The translations under genes were made by a program, and so were the position numbers. This document shows positions 35,616 to 45,720 of a DNA stretch of 64,000 nt, in pieces. Below the pieces are notes generated by a model that saw only the letters and a list, made by a program, of their open reading frames with translations, was not told the DNA's origin and ran no database searches. Source of the stretch: an uncultured bacterium (GTDB lineage: Bacteria; SAR324; NAC60-12); assembly GCA_965662845.1 (NCBI GenBank), contig CBFIJD010000004.1:10670-74669 (forward strand), read 5' to 3'. How positions within the stretch are numbered: the first letter of the stretch is position 1; each line of letters opens with the position of its first letter.

Positions 35616-37304
35616 TCAGTTCGGCTCGGCGGAGAGCTTCTGTTGAGAGCGCTTGCGCATTTCACGCGCGAGCTTGAGCGTTTGAGGCGTGATCTCCGTC
35701 CCTCCCATCAGGCGCGCAAGCTCTTGGATCGCCTCTTGCGCAGAGAGTTGCTGAATCGCGGTGAAGGTTTTGTCGTCCACCACGGACTTGCTCACGGCAT
35801 AGTGCTGCTGCGAGAACGCGGCGATTTGCGGCAAATGCGTGATGCAGAGCGTTTGCTGGCGCTTGCCGAGAGACGCAAGCTTGAGTCCCACGATCTCGGC
35901 GACTCGCCCGCTGATGCCTGTGTCCACTTCGTCAAAAATCAGCGTCTCGACCGTGTCAGACGTCAGGATTGTCTGAATCGCGAGCATCACCCGTGAGAGT
36001 TCCCCCCCTGAGGCAACTCGGGCGAGCGGGCGCGGTTCTTGGCCGGGATTGACCGAGAGCAGAAACTCCACGCGGTCTGAGCCCAGCGCCGTGATCTCTG
36101 CGGCGTTGACCTGAATTTCGGTGGCAAAGATGGCTTTCTCCATCCCCAGCTCGCGCAGCTCTCTCTGAATCGCGGCATCAAGCTTGAGGGCCGCTTGCTG
36201 GCGGTTTTGTGAGAGCTCTTGGGCGTGGGCTTGCAGCGTTTGGTACAGCGCGGCGATGCGTTGATCGAGCGCTTCCGCGTCTTCTTCTAAGTGCTCTAAG
36301 GCGTCGAGTTCTTGACGCAGAGTTCGCAGCAAATTTGCCAAGTCTGCAGCCGACTCGACACGGTATTTGCGCTGGAGACTCTGCAAATCGCTGAGCCGAT
36401 CATTGACCCAAGCCAGCCGCGAGGGATTGTCTTCGATGCGGTCGGCGCGTCTCGCCAGACCTTGGTGCAGCTCCTCGACTTGGACGAGGCAGGCTTCCAA
36501 GGTCTCGAGCATCTCGCCGCAGGCAGGGTCGAGGCGCGCGGCGTCAAGCATGCTGCGGCGCACGACGCTGAGCACTTCGGTCGCGGAGCCTTCTTCTTCG
36601 TAGAGCGCCGCCTGCATCTGTGCATAGAGCCCCATCAATTGCTCGGCGTGGCTCAGCAGCTGGGCTTCGGCTTCAAGCTCTCGGTCTTCATCGGCTTGGG
36701 GGTTCAGCGTTTCCAGCTCGGTGCACTGCGCTTCGAGCAGTAGCTGGCGTTCGGTTCTCGCGTTCAGCCGCGACGCCCACTCTTTGCGCTCCCGCGTGGC
36801 CTTTTGCCACTGCTGATGACTCTCGCGGACCGTGTGACGGAGCGACGAGAGGCCGGCGAAGGCGTCCAGAAATGCCAGATGCCGCGAGGGGTCGAGCAGG
36901 GACTGGTTGTCGTGTTGCCCGTGAATGTGCAGCAGCTGCGGCCCAATCTGGGAGAGCAGGGTCTGCGTCACCGAGGTGTTGTTGATGAGGCGCTTCTGGC
37001 GGCTTTTGTGGGTGAGCACGCGGCGCACGATCAGCTCGTCTTCCACAGGGATCTCAGCCTGCGCGAGCTGGGCTTGGAGCTGCGGCTGGTTCTGGATGTC
37101 AAACACCGCCTCGACTTGAGCCTGCGCGGCGCCGTGTCGGATCAAGCCGAAGTCCGCTTTGCCCCCCAAGATCAACTGAATCGCGTCGATCATGATGGAC
37201 TTCCCCGCGCCGGTTTCGCCGGTCACGATGGAGAAGCCGCTGGAGAAGTCGACCTCCAGCGCTTCAATCGTCGCGAGGTTGGTGATGCGCAGTTGCAGGA
37301 GCAT
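35616..37304 (-). CDS. recN: DNA repair protein RecN
   Basis: TGETGAGKS, IHGQHD, ASGGELSR, FDEVDTGISG and ITHLPQIAA. Confidence 0.97.
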   Translation of the reverse strand: MLLQLRITNLATIEALEVDFSSGFSIVTGETGAGKSIMIDAIQLILGGKADFGLIRHGAAQAQVEAVFDIQNQPQLQAQLAQAEIPVEDELIVRRVLTHKSRQKRLINNTSVTQTLLSQIGPQLLHIHGQHDNQSLLDPSRHLAFLDAFAGLSSLRHTVRESHQQWQKATRERKEWASRLNARTERQLLLEAQCTELETLNPQADEDRELEAEAQLLSHAEQLMGLYAQMQAALYEEEGSATEVLSVVRRSMLDAARLDPACGEMLETLEACLVQVEELHQGLARRADRIEDNPSRLAWVNDRLSDLQSLQRKYRVESAADLANLLRTLRQELDALEHLEEDAEALDQRIAALYQTLQAHAQELSQNRQQAALKLDAAIQRELRELGMEKAIFATEIQVNAAEITALGSDRVEFLLSVNPGQEPRPLARVASGGELSRVMLAIQTILTSDTVETLIFDEVDTGISGRVAEIVGLKLASLGKRQQTLCITHLPQIAAFSQQHYAVSKSVVDDKTFTAIQQLSAQEAIQELARLMGGTEITPQTLKLAREMRKRSQQKLSAEPN

Positions 37305-37322
37305 GGCGAGGCGGGGGGCGGC

Positions 37323-38420
37323 TCAGTACAAATCGTCGAGCGAGGCGACGACGTTGTCCGCAATCTGACGGAAAGCTTTGATGGCGGGGGTGTCTTTGTC
37401 AGGCTGGCTCATGATCGGCGCGCCTTGGTCGCCGCCTTCGCGCACGTCGAGTTCGATGGGGATCGCGCCTAGGAAGGGGACTTGGTACTTCTTGCTGGCT
37501 TCCCGAGCGCCGTGTTGGCTGAAAATCGGGGTCTCTGTCCCGCAGTGCGGACACGCGAAGAAGCTCATGTTTTCGACGATGCCGACGATGGGGATGTCGA
37601 CTTTGGAGAACATCGTGATGGCTTTGTAGGCGTCCACGAGCGCGACGTCCTGTGGCGTCGAGACCACGACCGCGCCGGCGAGTTCACAGAGCTGAGAGAT
37701 GCTCAGTTGCACGTCTCCGGTTCCGGGGGGCATGTCAATGATCATCAAGTCGCCACCGGGCCACTCGGTGTCGCGCAGCAGCTGCTCAATCGCTTGGTGG
37801 ACCATGGGCCCGCGCCAGACCATCGCCGCGTCGTCGTCGATCAAGTTCCCAATCGACATCGCCGTCAGCCCCTTGAACTCCAGTGGCCTCAGCGACTGCT
37901 CTTTAAGCTCCGGCTTCACGCCCCGCAGCCCGGTCATAATCGGGAAGCTCGGCCCGTAGATGTCGGCGTCAAAGAAGCTGACAGAGAACCCTTTCTGCTG
38001 CAGCGCCAAGGCTAGGTTTAGCGAGACCGTTGACTTGCCCACGCCGCCTTTGCCGCTCGCGACGGCGATCACCGCGTCATAGTTTTGCAGATAAGCGGTT
38101 CGTTGCGGTTGGCGCGCCCGACGCTGCGCTTCGCCGGTTGGGGGTTGTGAAGTCTGCGCTTCGTCTTCATCCTCGTCGGCCGGCGGCTCTTCTACGATCT
38201 CGACAGCCACGCGGTTGATGGACGGGATGGACTGCACTTCTTCTTCAATCTGGACGGGGAGCACTTGGCGGAGCCGCGACTGCAACGGCAGGACGAGCGT
38301 CAGCTTTGCGAAGTCGTCGTTTACGAGGCAGCTGTGGACAATGTCGGTCTCGGTGAGGGGTTTCCCTTCGACTTCAATGCGCCCAAGCGCGGCGGCAAAC
38401 TGTTGTTCCAAAGATTCCAT
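37323..38420 (-). CDS. mrp: Mrp/ApbC/NBP35 Fe-S cluster carrier ATPase
   Basis: ASGKGGVGKS, DADIYGPS, WRGPM, DMPPGTGD and ENMS..CPHC. AAGGA RBS before ATG 38420. Confidence 0.93.
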   Translation of the reverse strand: MESLEQQFAAALGRIEVEGKPLTETDIVHSCLVNDDFAKLTLVLPLQSRLRQVLPVQIEEEVQSIPSINRVAVEIVEEPPADEDEDEAQTSQPPTGEAQRRARQPQRTAYLQNYDAVIAVASGKGGVGKSTVSLNLALALQQKGFSVSFFDADIYGPSFPIMTGLRGVKPELKEQSLRPLEFKGLTAMSIGNLIDDDAAMVWRGPMVHQAIEQLLRDTEWPGGDLMIIDMPPGTGDVQLSISQLCELAGAVVVSTPQDVALVDAYKAITMFSKVDIPIVGIVENMSFFACPHCGTETPIFSQHGAREASKKYQVPFLGAIPIELDVREGGDQGAPIMSQPDKDTPAIKAFRQIADNVVASLDDLY

Positions 38421-38430
38421 GCGGCGTTCC

Positions 38431-39141
38431 TTAGCTGGGTTGATAGGCGACGTGTACGGTTGAAGCGCCAAACACGAAGTCGTAGTAATCGGCTTGCTGA
38501 AATCCCATTTCGAGCAAGATGCGTTTGAGGGACTCTTGGTCGGGGTAGCGCACCGACGATTGTGGCAGGTATGTGAACATCTCTTGTCCGGACATCAGCC
38601 ATTGTCCCATGCGAGGGACGATCGTGAAGAAGTAAAAGCGGCTCAAGTGGTCGATGACCGGCAAACGAACTTTGCCTACATCCAAGCTAACCAAGACCCC
38701 CCCGGGTTGCAAGACGCGCCGAATTTCGCGCAAGCCTTGGCGCAAATCGCTGAGATTGCGCAACCCATAGCCCACCGTGACCGCAGCGAAGTGCCCCGCA
38801 GGGAAGGGCAGCTGCAGCGCGTCGCCGCGAATGTAGGTGATGTCGCCGGTGTTGCGCTCTGCGGCGATGGCGAGCATGTCCCGCGCAAAGTCTACCCCGA
38901 CGACTTCCACGTCAGGGTGCTGTTTGCGGATGGCGCGCGCGATGTCTCCCGTCCCACAACACAGATCAAGGCAGCGCTCGCCAGCGCGGAGCCCGGTTTG
39001 ACGGGCCACAAAACGCTTCCAATAGCGATGCATCCCGAAGGTAATCAGGTCGTTGAAGCGGTCATAAGCTCGGGCGATCTCGTTGAACTTGGCGTTTACA
39101 TAAGCAGCTTTCTGCGCCGCGTCGGGCATTTGGTAGCTCAC
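38431..39141 (-). CDS. ubiE: UbiE/MenG quinone biosynthesis methyltransferase
   Basis: FNEIARAYDRFND..GMHRYWK, LDLCCGTGD, GYGLRN and YLPQS. Confidence 0.9.
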   Translation of the reverse strand: MSYQMPDAAQKAAYVNAKFNEIARAYDRFNDLITFGMHRYWKRFVARQTGLRAGERCLDLCCGTGDIARAIRKQHPDVEVVGVDFARDMLAIAAERNTGDITYIRGDALQLPFPAGHFAAVTVGYGLRNLSDLRQGLREIRRVLQPGGVLVSLDVGKVRLPVIDHLSRFYFFTIVPRMGQWLMSGQEMFTYLPQSSVRYPDQESLKRILLEMGFQQADYYDFVFGASTVHVAYQPS

Positions 39142-40493
39142 GCGACCTCTGGAGTGTGGCGGTTGACGACTTCGTGCATCCAGCGCAGGGACTGCAACGC
39201 GAAGTACAGCTGGTGTCCTTTTTTGCTGAAGAACGGATTCCCACGGACGATCTGATGCTGCGTAGCCGGCTCCCAGCTCAAGGCGGAAGACGTCGCTAGC
39301 GCTAGGTGGCAGAGCCCGTTCTTGTGGCTGTGGCGTTCTCCGGAGATGGGGCCGGCCATACCGGTCTCTGACAAGACCCAGTCAGCTTGCATTTGTAATT
39401 GGGCGATCTCTGCGAGCGAGCGCGCCATCTCTTCTGAGACGTTCGCTTCATCGTCACGGAGCTTACGCCCGAGCAGTCGTTCTTTTTCGTGCTTCCCATA
39501 CGCGACGAGCCCCCCCACAAAAAACTCTGACGCGCCCGTCAAGCTCACCCAAACCGCAGACAATCGACCTCCTGTGGTTGTCTCAACTACACCGAAGCGC
39601 GCCGCCAAGCCTTGCGCTGCTCGCCTGCGGAGCAAGCGGAGGAAGGCGCGCGCGGTCGCCTCAAGCTCTTGTTCCAGCTGCCAGCAGTGCTGTTCCCACT
39701 CGTTCATCGCGACCTGCAAGTCTCGCGAACAGAACAGCTCTCGCTCGCGCATCAGCTGAATCGCGTTCGCTGAGAGGAACCGGTCTAATCGATGCTGCGC
39801 TTGAACCGCGCGACGGATCAGCGTGGAGGAGAGAAACAAAAACGGGCGCAGCTCGACGGGGAGCAGCTCTGGATGCAAAATCGAATGTTTGAGCGTTACG
39901 CCTCGCTGCTCTGGCAACATGGCCAGCGCCTCTGTCGCGTCCGATTCAGGGCGAGGGACGACGAGCAGGTGTGATGGCTCAGCGAGGTCCAGCAGGTCGG
40001 TCTCGCCAAAGATGTGAGGGAGGAGCATCCGCTCGGCGAGGTCGGCGCCAATCAGGACTTTGACAGCGTTCGGGCTGCGGCTCTCCAGCGAAGACTGCTG
40101 CCAGATGTAGCGTACGTGATCCGCGAGGCGATAGGTCAGCTCTTGTTGGAACTCTAGCGTAGAGATCTGTAGCTCGACGGTAGGCAAGCGTAGGGGATCT
40201 GTCAGAGACGTGGCGTGTGCGACGGGGAAGACCGGCGGGGTGGCGCGGACGTCTGCGAGCAGCCGCTGTAGGAGCGCGAGGCGCAGGTGTTTTTCAGGGA
40301 TCTGCTGGCGCTTGGTGGGGTCAGGGTGGTTGCCGTTGGAGAGGATGAAGACGACGCGCGCGATCTCAGGGAACTGGCGCAGCGCGATCTCGGTCACAAG
40401 CAGATGATGAAAGCCCGCAGGGTTCCCCGTGAGTGGAAAGAAGAGCGTGTCGCGCAGATCGTACACCGGCGCATCCGACAGAGCGGGGTTCAT
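39138..40493 (-). CDS. NadD-like adenylyltransferase fused to a CinA/PncC (NMN deamidase) domain
   Basis: N-half: TGNPAGFHH, LIGAD, LVVPRP, LSSTLIR. C-half: ETTTGG, GASEFFVGGLVAY, VSEEMA, ETGMAGP. Confidence 0.8.
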   Translation of the reverse strand: MNPALSDAPVYDLRDTLFFPLTGNPAGFHHLLVTEIALRQFPEIARVVFILSNGNHPDPTKRQQIPEKHLRLALLQRLLADVRATPPVFPVAHATSLTDPLRLPTVELQISTLEFQQELTYRLADHVRYIWQQSSLESRSPNAVKVLIGADLAERMLLPHIFGETDLLDLAEPSHLLVVPRPESDATEALAMLPEQRGVTLKHSILHPELLPVELRPFLFLSSTLIRRAVQAQHRLDRFLSANAIQLMRERELFCSRDLQVAMNEWEQHCWQLEQELEATARAFLRLLRRRAAQGLAARFGVVETTTGGRLSAVWVSLTGASEFFVGGLVAYGKHEKERLLGRKLRDDEANVSEEMARSLAEIAQLQMQADWVLSETGMAGPISGERHSHKNGLCHLALATSSALSWEPATQHQIVRGNPFFSKKGHQLYFALQSLRWMHEVVNRHTPEVA

Positions 40494-40515
40494 GTTGTTG
40501 CCAACTGAGAGGAGC

Positions 40516-42069
40516 TTAAGCCGCCGATTCGGCAGCGGTTTCAGACTGCAGCAACAGCAAGTTGAGCATTTTGAGCGTCGCGTTGACGGCGGCCATGACT
40601 TGGTCTCCATCGACGCCGATCGTTTGCATATTGCGCTCGCCCATTTTCCATGTGATCACCGCTTCGGTCAATGCGTCTGTTTGTCCGCTGCGGGGAATGC
40701 GCACTTCGTAGTCGACTAGCTCTGGGCACTGCACTTGGCGGCGCTTGAGCACTTTTTTCAAGGCGTTCATGAAGGCGTCGTAGCCGCCGTTGCCGGAGCC
40801 CGTCTCGGTGTATTCTTTGCCTTCCCACTCCACGGCAATGGACGCGGTGGATTTGAGATGCAAGCCGCTGCTGACGCTGCAACCGACCAAGCGCAGGCTC
40901 TGCTGCACGTTGTTCTCCAGCACGTCGGTGACGATGAACGGCAAATCAGCCGGAGTAATGGTCTTCTTGGAGTCGCCAAGCGCGACAATGCGGTCGAGGA
41001 CTTTGCGCAGGTTCTCGTCAGAGAGCTGTAAGCCGAGCTGTTCGAGGTTCTTCACGAGGGAGGCCTTCCCACTCATTTTGCCAAGGGCGTAGCTGCGCGT
41101 TCGACCGAAGCGTTCGGGCTTGATGGGGTTGTGGTAGAGCCCGCCTTTCTTGTCGCCGTCGGCGTGGATGCCGCTAGTTTGGGTGAAGACGTCGGTCCCG
41201 ACGATCGGCGCGTTGGCGGCGAGGCGTTTGCCCGAGAAGGACTCAATCATCTCGCTGATGGGGACTAGGCTGCTCTCGTCGATGTTCAGCGTCGCTCCTG
41301 TTTTGTCGCGCAAGACAACGGCGATCTCTGCGAGGGAGGCGTTCCCAGCGCGTTCGCCGAGGCAGTTCATGGTGCAGTGCAGGTGGCGAATCCCGGCTTT
41401 CACCGCGTAGAGGCAGTTGGCGGTGCCCAGTCCGTAGTCATTGTGTGGGTGGAAGTCGAGCGTGGCCCACGAGAATCGCGTCAGCATGTCGGTCATGCTG
41501 TCAAAAACGTCGGCAGGCGAGAGCACCCCCAGCGTATCTGGCAGCATGATGTGCTCAATGCCCAGCGGCTCAAGCCCAGCCATCATCTCATAGACGTAGT
41601 CCGGGCTATCGCGGTAGCCGTTGGACCAGTCTTCCAAGTAAGCGTTGACGCGCAAGCCGCTTGCTTTGGCGTATGCGACGGTCTGTTCGACGTCGGCCAG
41701 ATGTTCTGGGAGCGTTTTACCGAGCTGGTTCCAGCAATGATTTTTGCTACCTTTGGTCAACAAATTCAGGACTTTGCCTCCCGCTCTCACAATCCAGTCC
41801 ACGCTGCGTTTGTGGTCACAAAACCCGAGCACTTCGACTTGCTCTAGAAATCCGTGCTCGAACGCCCAATCCGTCACATTGCGCACCGCTTCTTGTTCCC
41901 CTGCTGAGATCCGCGCAGAAGCGATCTCGATGCGGTCGACTCGTACGCGCTGCAGGAGCGCCTTCGCGATGTTCACTTTTTCAGACGGAGTAAAGGAGAC
42001 GCCTTGGGTTTGTTCGCCGTCACGCAGCGTGGTGTCCATCAGGCAGATGTGTGCGCCAGCTAAGTTCAT
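40516..42069 (-). CDS. cimA: Citramalate synthase (LeuA/CimA family)
   Basis: DTTLRDGEQ, RIEIASAR, HPHNDYG, GERAGNA and GIHADG, plus a C-terminal regulatory domain. Resembles the Leptospira/Bacteroides CimA type. Confidence 0.8.
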   Translation of the reverse strand: MNLAGAHICLMDTTLRDGEQTQGVSFTPSEKVNIAKALLQRVRVDRIEIASARISAGEQEAVRNVTDWAFEHGFLEQVEVLGFCDHKRSVDWIVRAGGKVLNLLTKGSKNHCWNQLGKTLPEHLADVEQTVAYAKASGLRVNAYLEDWSNGYRDSPDYVYEMMAGLEPLGIEHIMLPDTLGVLSPADVFDSMTDMLTRFSWATLDFHPHNDYGLGTANCLYAVKAGIRHLHCTMNCLGERAGNASLAEIAVVLRDKTGATLNIDESSLVPISEMIESFSGKRLAANAPIVGTDVFTQTSGIHADGDKKGGLYHNPIKPERFGRTRSYALGKMSGKASLVKNLEQLGLQLSDENLRKVLDRIVALGDSKKTITPADLPFIVTDVLENNVQQSLRLVGCSVSSGLHLKSTASIAVEWEGKEYTETGSGNGGYDAFMNALKKVLKRRQVQCPELVDYEVRIPRSGQTDALTEAVITWKMGERNMQTIGVDGDQVMAAVNATLKMLNLLLLQSETAAESAA

Positions 42070-42142
42070 GGGGAGGCCATCAGCAACGGGTGAAAAAAGG
42101 AAGCGAATGTAGCAAAGGTCTGACGGCCTTGCAATGCAGGAC

Positions 42143-43132
42143 TTACTCAGCGGGGTATAAGAGCAATTCTTGCCCCATATCGAGGAAGATGAGCTCCTGT
42201 TGGTGCGTTTGCGTCGCTTGCTCTAAAAATGCGACGGACTGACTGAATTGGTCCGCAAATTCGGGGAACGGGCGCAAAGGCTTGTGTATTGAGCGCATGA
42301 AGTTGTCCCAGTGGACTGGGATGAGGCGACTTGCTCCGACCGCCAGAGCCGTCTCGCGGAAGTAAGCTTGTTGGTTCTCGGGGGTTTGTTTGCCCAGCCC
42401 CGCAATGCCGAGGAAGATGACATCAGCGGGCTTGTCCGTCAGCAAGTCCTCCACATAGCCTGAGCTACCATGCACAATCACATTTCCCAAGGGATGCTCG
42501 ACATAGACCACATAGGTGCCGCCTTCTTTATAGGCGTTCAGTGGGGCCGGAGTGCGCAGCGGCTCGGTAATCTCTTGCCCGATGCCCAGATCTTCCGACA
42601 TCCGCTCTGGCATCGGTGTGTGCTTAGAGCGCAAAAACGTGACACGAAATTTCCCAAATTGCAGGGTGTCGCCGTCCTCAATGATCGTGATTTGTTCTTC
42701 TGGAAGATTTTGCCCCCGTCCAATGAAGGCGGTGGAAGTCGAGCCGACCAGCTGTGCCCCTGTTTGACGGGCCACTTCGGGGGCGTCCATCGCGTGGTCG
42801 TGATGGGAGTGTTGGGCAATCACCGCGGCCAGTCGACTGGCATCGACCAGCGACAGTCCATAGGCAATGTCTGCGGGCTTTGGCGCCAGCTCGCCTAGCA
42901 TCATCTCGTCGAGCCCAGGGCGACTAAAGAAGCCATCTGTCAAAATGGCGGTTTCGCCGTCATCCAGCAACACGTTGGTGTTGCCTAAAAAGAACGCATG
43001 CAGCCCTTGTGTCTCGTGACGCGCGGCCTCCGCAGGAGCGAAGTATGGACGAACGCCTTGCAGCCCCTCCGGGTTCTCCCAGAAAGAACAAGAAGCTAAC
43101 AAGGCCAAGAGGCTCAGCACGAAGAGTTTCAT
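42143..43132 (-). CDS. MBL-fold metallo-hydrolase lipoprotein
   Basis: LASC lipobox, TDGFFSRP, HSHHDH and IPVHWDNF. Confidence 0.9.
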   Translation of the reverse strand: MKLFVLSLLALLASCSFWENPEGLQGVRPYFAPAEAARHETQGLHAFFLGNTNVLLDDGETAILTDGFFSRPGLDEMMLGELAPKPADIAYGLSLVDASRLAAVIAQHSHHDHAMDAPEVARQTGAQLVGSTSTAFIGRGQNLPEEQITIIEDGDTLQFGKFRVTFLRSKHTPMPERMSEDLGIGQEITEPLRTPAPLNAYKEGGTYVVYVEHPLGNVIVHGSSGYVEDLLTDKPADVIFLGIAGLGKQTPENQQAYFRETALAVGASRLIPVHWDNFMRSIHKPLRPFPEFADQFSQSVAFLEQATQTHQQELIFLDMGQELLLYPAE

Positions 43133-43386
43133 TTGTGATCTCCGGTGGAAGTTTGAGATGCAGATCGGGTTTGCTTTTCATGATGACCAACCTCCCTCAA
43201 AATTCTATCCGTCAACGCACGGAGTGCCGCTCCGTTTTGCCGATTTGCCCACCTCTCAGCATCGCCGCATACGCTCCCGCCCACAAATTGAGTCCATCGC
43301 GGAAAAACATTTGCAACTGAACCAGAGAAAACGTACTTTCCTGCCGATCTTTGTCTTTTACTCCCTAAGAAGCTGCGAGGAATCTT

Positions 43387-43494
43387 ATGCACGAATTCAA
43401 TATCTTAGTCACCTTCGGAGCCGTCTCCGCCGTATATCTCATCATTTTTTTTGCCGCCGAGTTCATGTTCATGAAGGAGCCCGAAGAAAAGTAA
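43387..43494 (+). CDS. Small single-pass membrane protein, 35 aa (not in the ORF track)
   Basis: GAGGA RBS, then MHEFNILVTFGAVSAVYLIIFFAAEFMFMKEPEEK*. Confidence 0.6.
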   Translation: MHEFNILVTFGAVSAVYLIIFFAAEFMFMKEPEEK

Positions 43495-44132
43495 TTGTCT
43501 TCTCGGCAGGTGTGCTTCTCAGCGCCTGCCAAACCGCCGCCCCCCCGACTTCGCCTACAGATTCCATGCCTCCCACCGCCTACGTCTACACTGGCAGGTT
43601 GCTCCTTCAATCCAGCCAAGTCTCCCAGACAGGAGACACCGAGCTGTATTTGCAAGAGGGTGGCTTGCGGCTTGTCATTCTTGCGCCCTTGCTCGGAACT
43701 CGGCTCTTGGAAATCCGCGCCAATGAACAGCAAGTGCTCATCCTCGACTATCAAAAACAACGCTTTGAACAAAAACCCAACACCGCAGAATTGCGCGAAG
43801 AGTGGCTCGGGGTCGATTTGTCGCCGCAAGAGCTTCGACTTTTGTTGACAACCCCCAACGCCTTGCTCCAGGAGTCCGAGCGCTGGCAGCTTCCCCAAAG
43901 CGCGACCACGGAGATGGTGCTCCAACGGCAAGACGCCACAGGGGCGGTTCGTTTGACGATACAGGTTCGTAGTTGGCAGGAAGACGCAAACGGGAGGTAT
44001 CCCTACAGATTGGAGGTGCAGGATGAGCAGAGCGGGAACCGTCTCGTTCTGGTGGTTCGAGAGCGCGCTCCTCTGCCGACGATCCGGCTGGACTTCACAC
44101 CGCCAGAGGCGTTTCCTCCGGCTTCGTCATGA
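43494..44132 (+). CDS. LolB/DUF4292-like lipoprotein (start codon unresolved)
   Basis: VIVFSAGVLLSAC lipobox, beta-rich body, LRLVILAPLLG and WLGVDLSP. Confidence 0.55.
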   Translation: MVFSAGVLLSACQTAAPPTSPTDSMPPTAYVYTGRLLLQSSQVSQTGDTELYLQEGGLRLVILAPLLGTRLLEIRANEQQVLILDYQKQRFEQKPNTAELREEWLGVDLSPQELRLLLTTPNALLQESERWQLPQSATTEMVLQRQDATGAVRLTIQVRSWQEDANGRYPYRLEVQDEQSGNRLVLVVRERAPLPTIRLDFTPPEAFPPASS

Positions 44133-45284
44133 TGGAGTTCGCGGAGAGCGCAGCACCTGACGCTGCTCTAGGTAGGCCACATAGTCCGCCGCCGCGCGCG
44201 CGTAAGCGCCGGGTTCCCCAAGCATTTGCCTCACCTGCTCTAGGTCATCTTGGGTTCGTGAGTAAACAGCGGGGTCGGTCAACAGCGTGCTCAAGTGAGC
44301 GGCGAGGTTGGACGGCGTCAGGTCATTTTGGAGCAACTCAGGGATGATCTCTCGCTTGGCAAGGATGTTGACGATGCCCAAGTGCTCGACCTCCGCCATT
44401 TGTTGAGCGAGCCAAAAACTCACCGGAGCCACCTTGTAAATCAACACGAACGGCACTCCCGCCAGCCCCGTTTGCAGAGTCGCAGTCCCTGACGCGACCG
44501 CAGCGACGGTCGCCACGTGCACACACAGCTCAAAATTGCCTTCGACCACTTGCACCGGAAATCCTTGTGCCTGTTGACGCGCCTCCTCAAGCTTGAGTCC
44601 ATGGGCAATGGGCAACAAAAAGTGCAGGTCTGGGAGCTGCTGATTCAGGAGGGCTGCGGCTTCTAGCAAAACGGGCAGGTGGCGCTCCAGCTCGCTGGGG
44701 CGACTCCCTGGGCCCAAGGCCACAACTCGCTTCTCTCGCGCGATCCCCAACGCATCACGAAACGCCAGCACGTCCGACGGATCGGGGAGCGTCTCTAGCA
44801 GAGGATGTCCCCAAAACTTCGCATCTACCGGGGTGGAAGCATACAGCTCTTCTTCAAAGGGGAACTGCACAATCAGTTTGTCGACAATCGCAGCGATCTT
44901 GTGAATGCGGCCTTTGCGCCACGCCCAGACCTGCGGGCTATTGAAGAACAAGACTGGAATGCCACGAGATTTCGCATACGCCGCGAGTTTCAGGTTGAAG
45001 CCCGGATAGTCGACCAGTAACACCGCGTCTGGTTTTTCTTCATCTAAAGAATCCCGCAGGTTCCAAAGTATGCGATACAGTCGGGGTAAGTGACGCAGCA
45101 CTTCGACGAGGCCATGGACTTGTAGCGCGTCCAGCATGTGATACGGGCGCAGGCCTTGCTGCAGCATAAGGTGACCGCCAATGCCATACGTCTCGAGGTT
45201 CGGCACCTGTCGTTGCAGGTGATGGAGCAACGCAGCCCCATGCCGATCGCCAGACGCTTCTCCAGCCACGACGAGCAGTTTCAT
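44127..45284 (-). CDS. lpxB: Lipid-A-disaccharide synthase
   Basis: VAGEASGD, DYPGFN, SPQVWAWR, FPFE, PGSR and SGTATL. Confidence 0.96.
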   Translation of the reverse strand: MKLLVVAGEASGDRHGAALLHHLQRQVPNLETYGIGGHLMLQQGLRPYHMLDALQVHGLVEVLRHLPRLYRILWNLRDSLDEEKPDAVLLVDYPGFNLKLAAYAKSRGIPVLFFNSPQVWAWRKGRIHKIAAIVDKLIVQFPFEEELYASTPVDAKFWGHPLLETLPDPSDVLAFRDALGIAREKRVVALGPGSRPSELERHLPVLLEAAALLNQQLPDLHFLLPIAHGLKLEEARQQAQGFPVQVVEGNFELCVHVATVAAVASGTATLQTGLAGVPFVLIYKVAPVSFWLAQQMAEVEHLGIVNILAKREIIPELLQNDLTPSNLAAHLSTLLTDPAVYSRTQDDLEQVRQMLGEPGAYARAAADYVAYLEQRQVLRSPRTPS

Positions 45285-45291
45285 AGTTGGC

Positions 45292-45720
45292 TCATAAGTC
45301 TCTCTCGTTGAAGGCTAACCCTACCTGCGCAAAGCCTTCGTTCTTCAGCAGCAGCATCAAGCGGATGAGGAATCCGTGCGCGACTCGCTTGTCCATTTGC
45401 AGATACACCGGTCTGTTGCGCGACAACCCTTCCTCTTCGCGCAAAAAGGCTTCAAAGTCGGCCATGGAATATGTCTGCTCTGCGAAAAAGATGTTCTCTT
45501 CCGCATCAATCGCAACGACGAGGTTGCCTTGACGATTTTCTGGGGTTGCCTGTTTCAATTGGCCTTGAGGCAATTCAATGGGCAACGATTGGGTGATGAG
45601 CGGCGCAGAGATCATGAAGGCGATGAGGACCACGAGCAGGATGTCGACGAATGGCGTGACATTGATGTCAGAGAGCGGTTCGCTGCGCTGCGAACGCAGG
45701 CGTCTAAGCGTTCTTTTCAT
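45292..45720 (-). CDS. tolR: TolR/ExbD family protein
   Basis: INVTPFVDILLVVLIAFMISAP. Confidence 0.88.
   Translation of the reverse strand: MKRTLRRLRSQRSEPLSDINVTPFVDILLVVLIAFMISAPLITQSLPIELPQGQLKQATPENRQGNLVVAIDAEENIFFAEQTYSMADFEAFLREEEGLSRNRPVYLQMDKRVAHGFLIRLMLLLKNEGFAQVGLAFNERDL

Noticed and set aside
43158..43493. Long N-terminal extension of the LolB-like ORF and the antisense 43129..43392 ORF
   Set aside because: The composition is not protein-like, and the region is better explained by the divergent promoter plus the 35-aa ORF.
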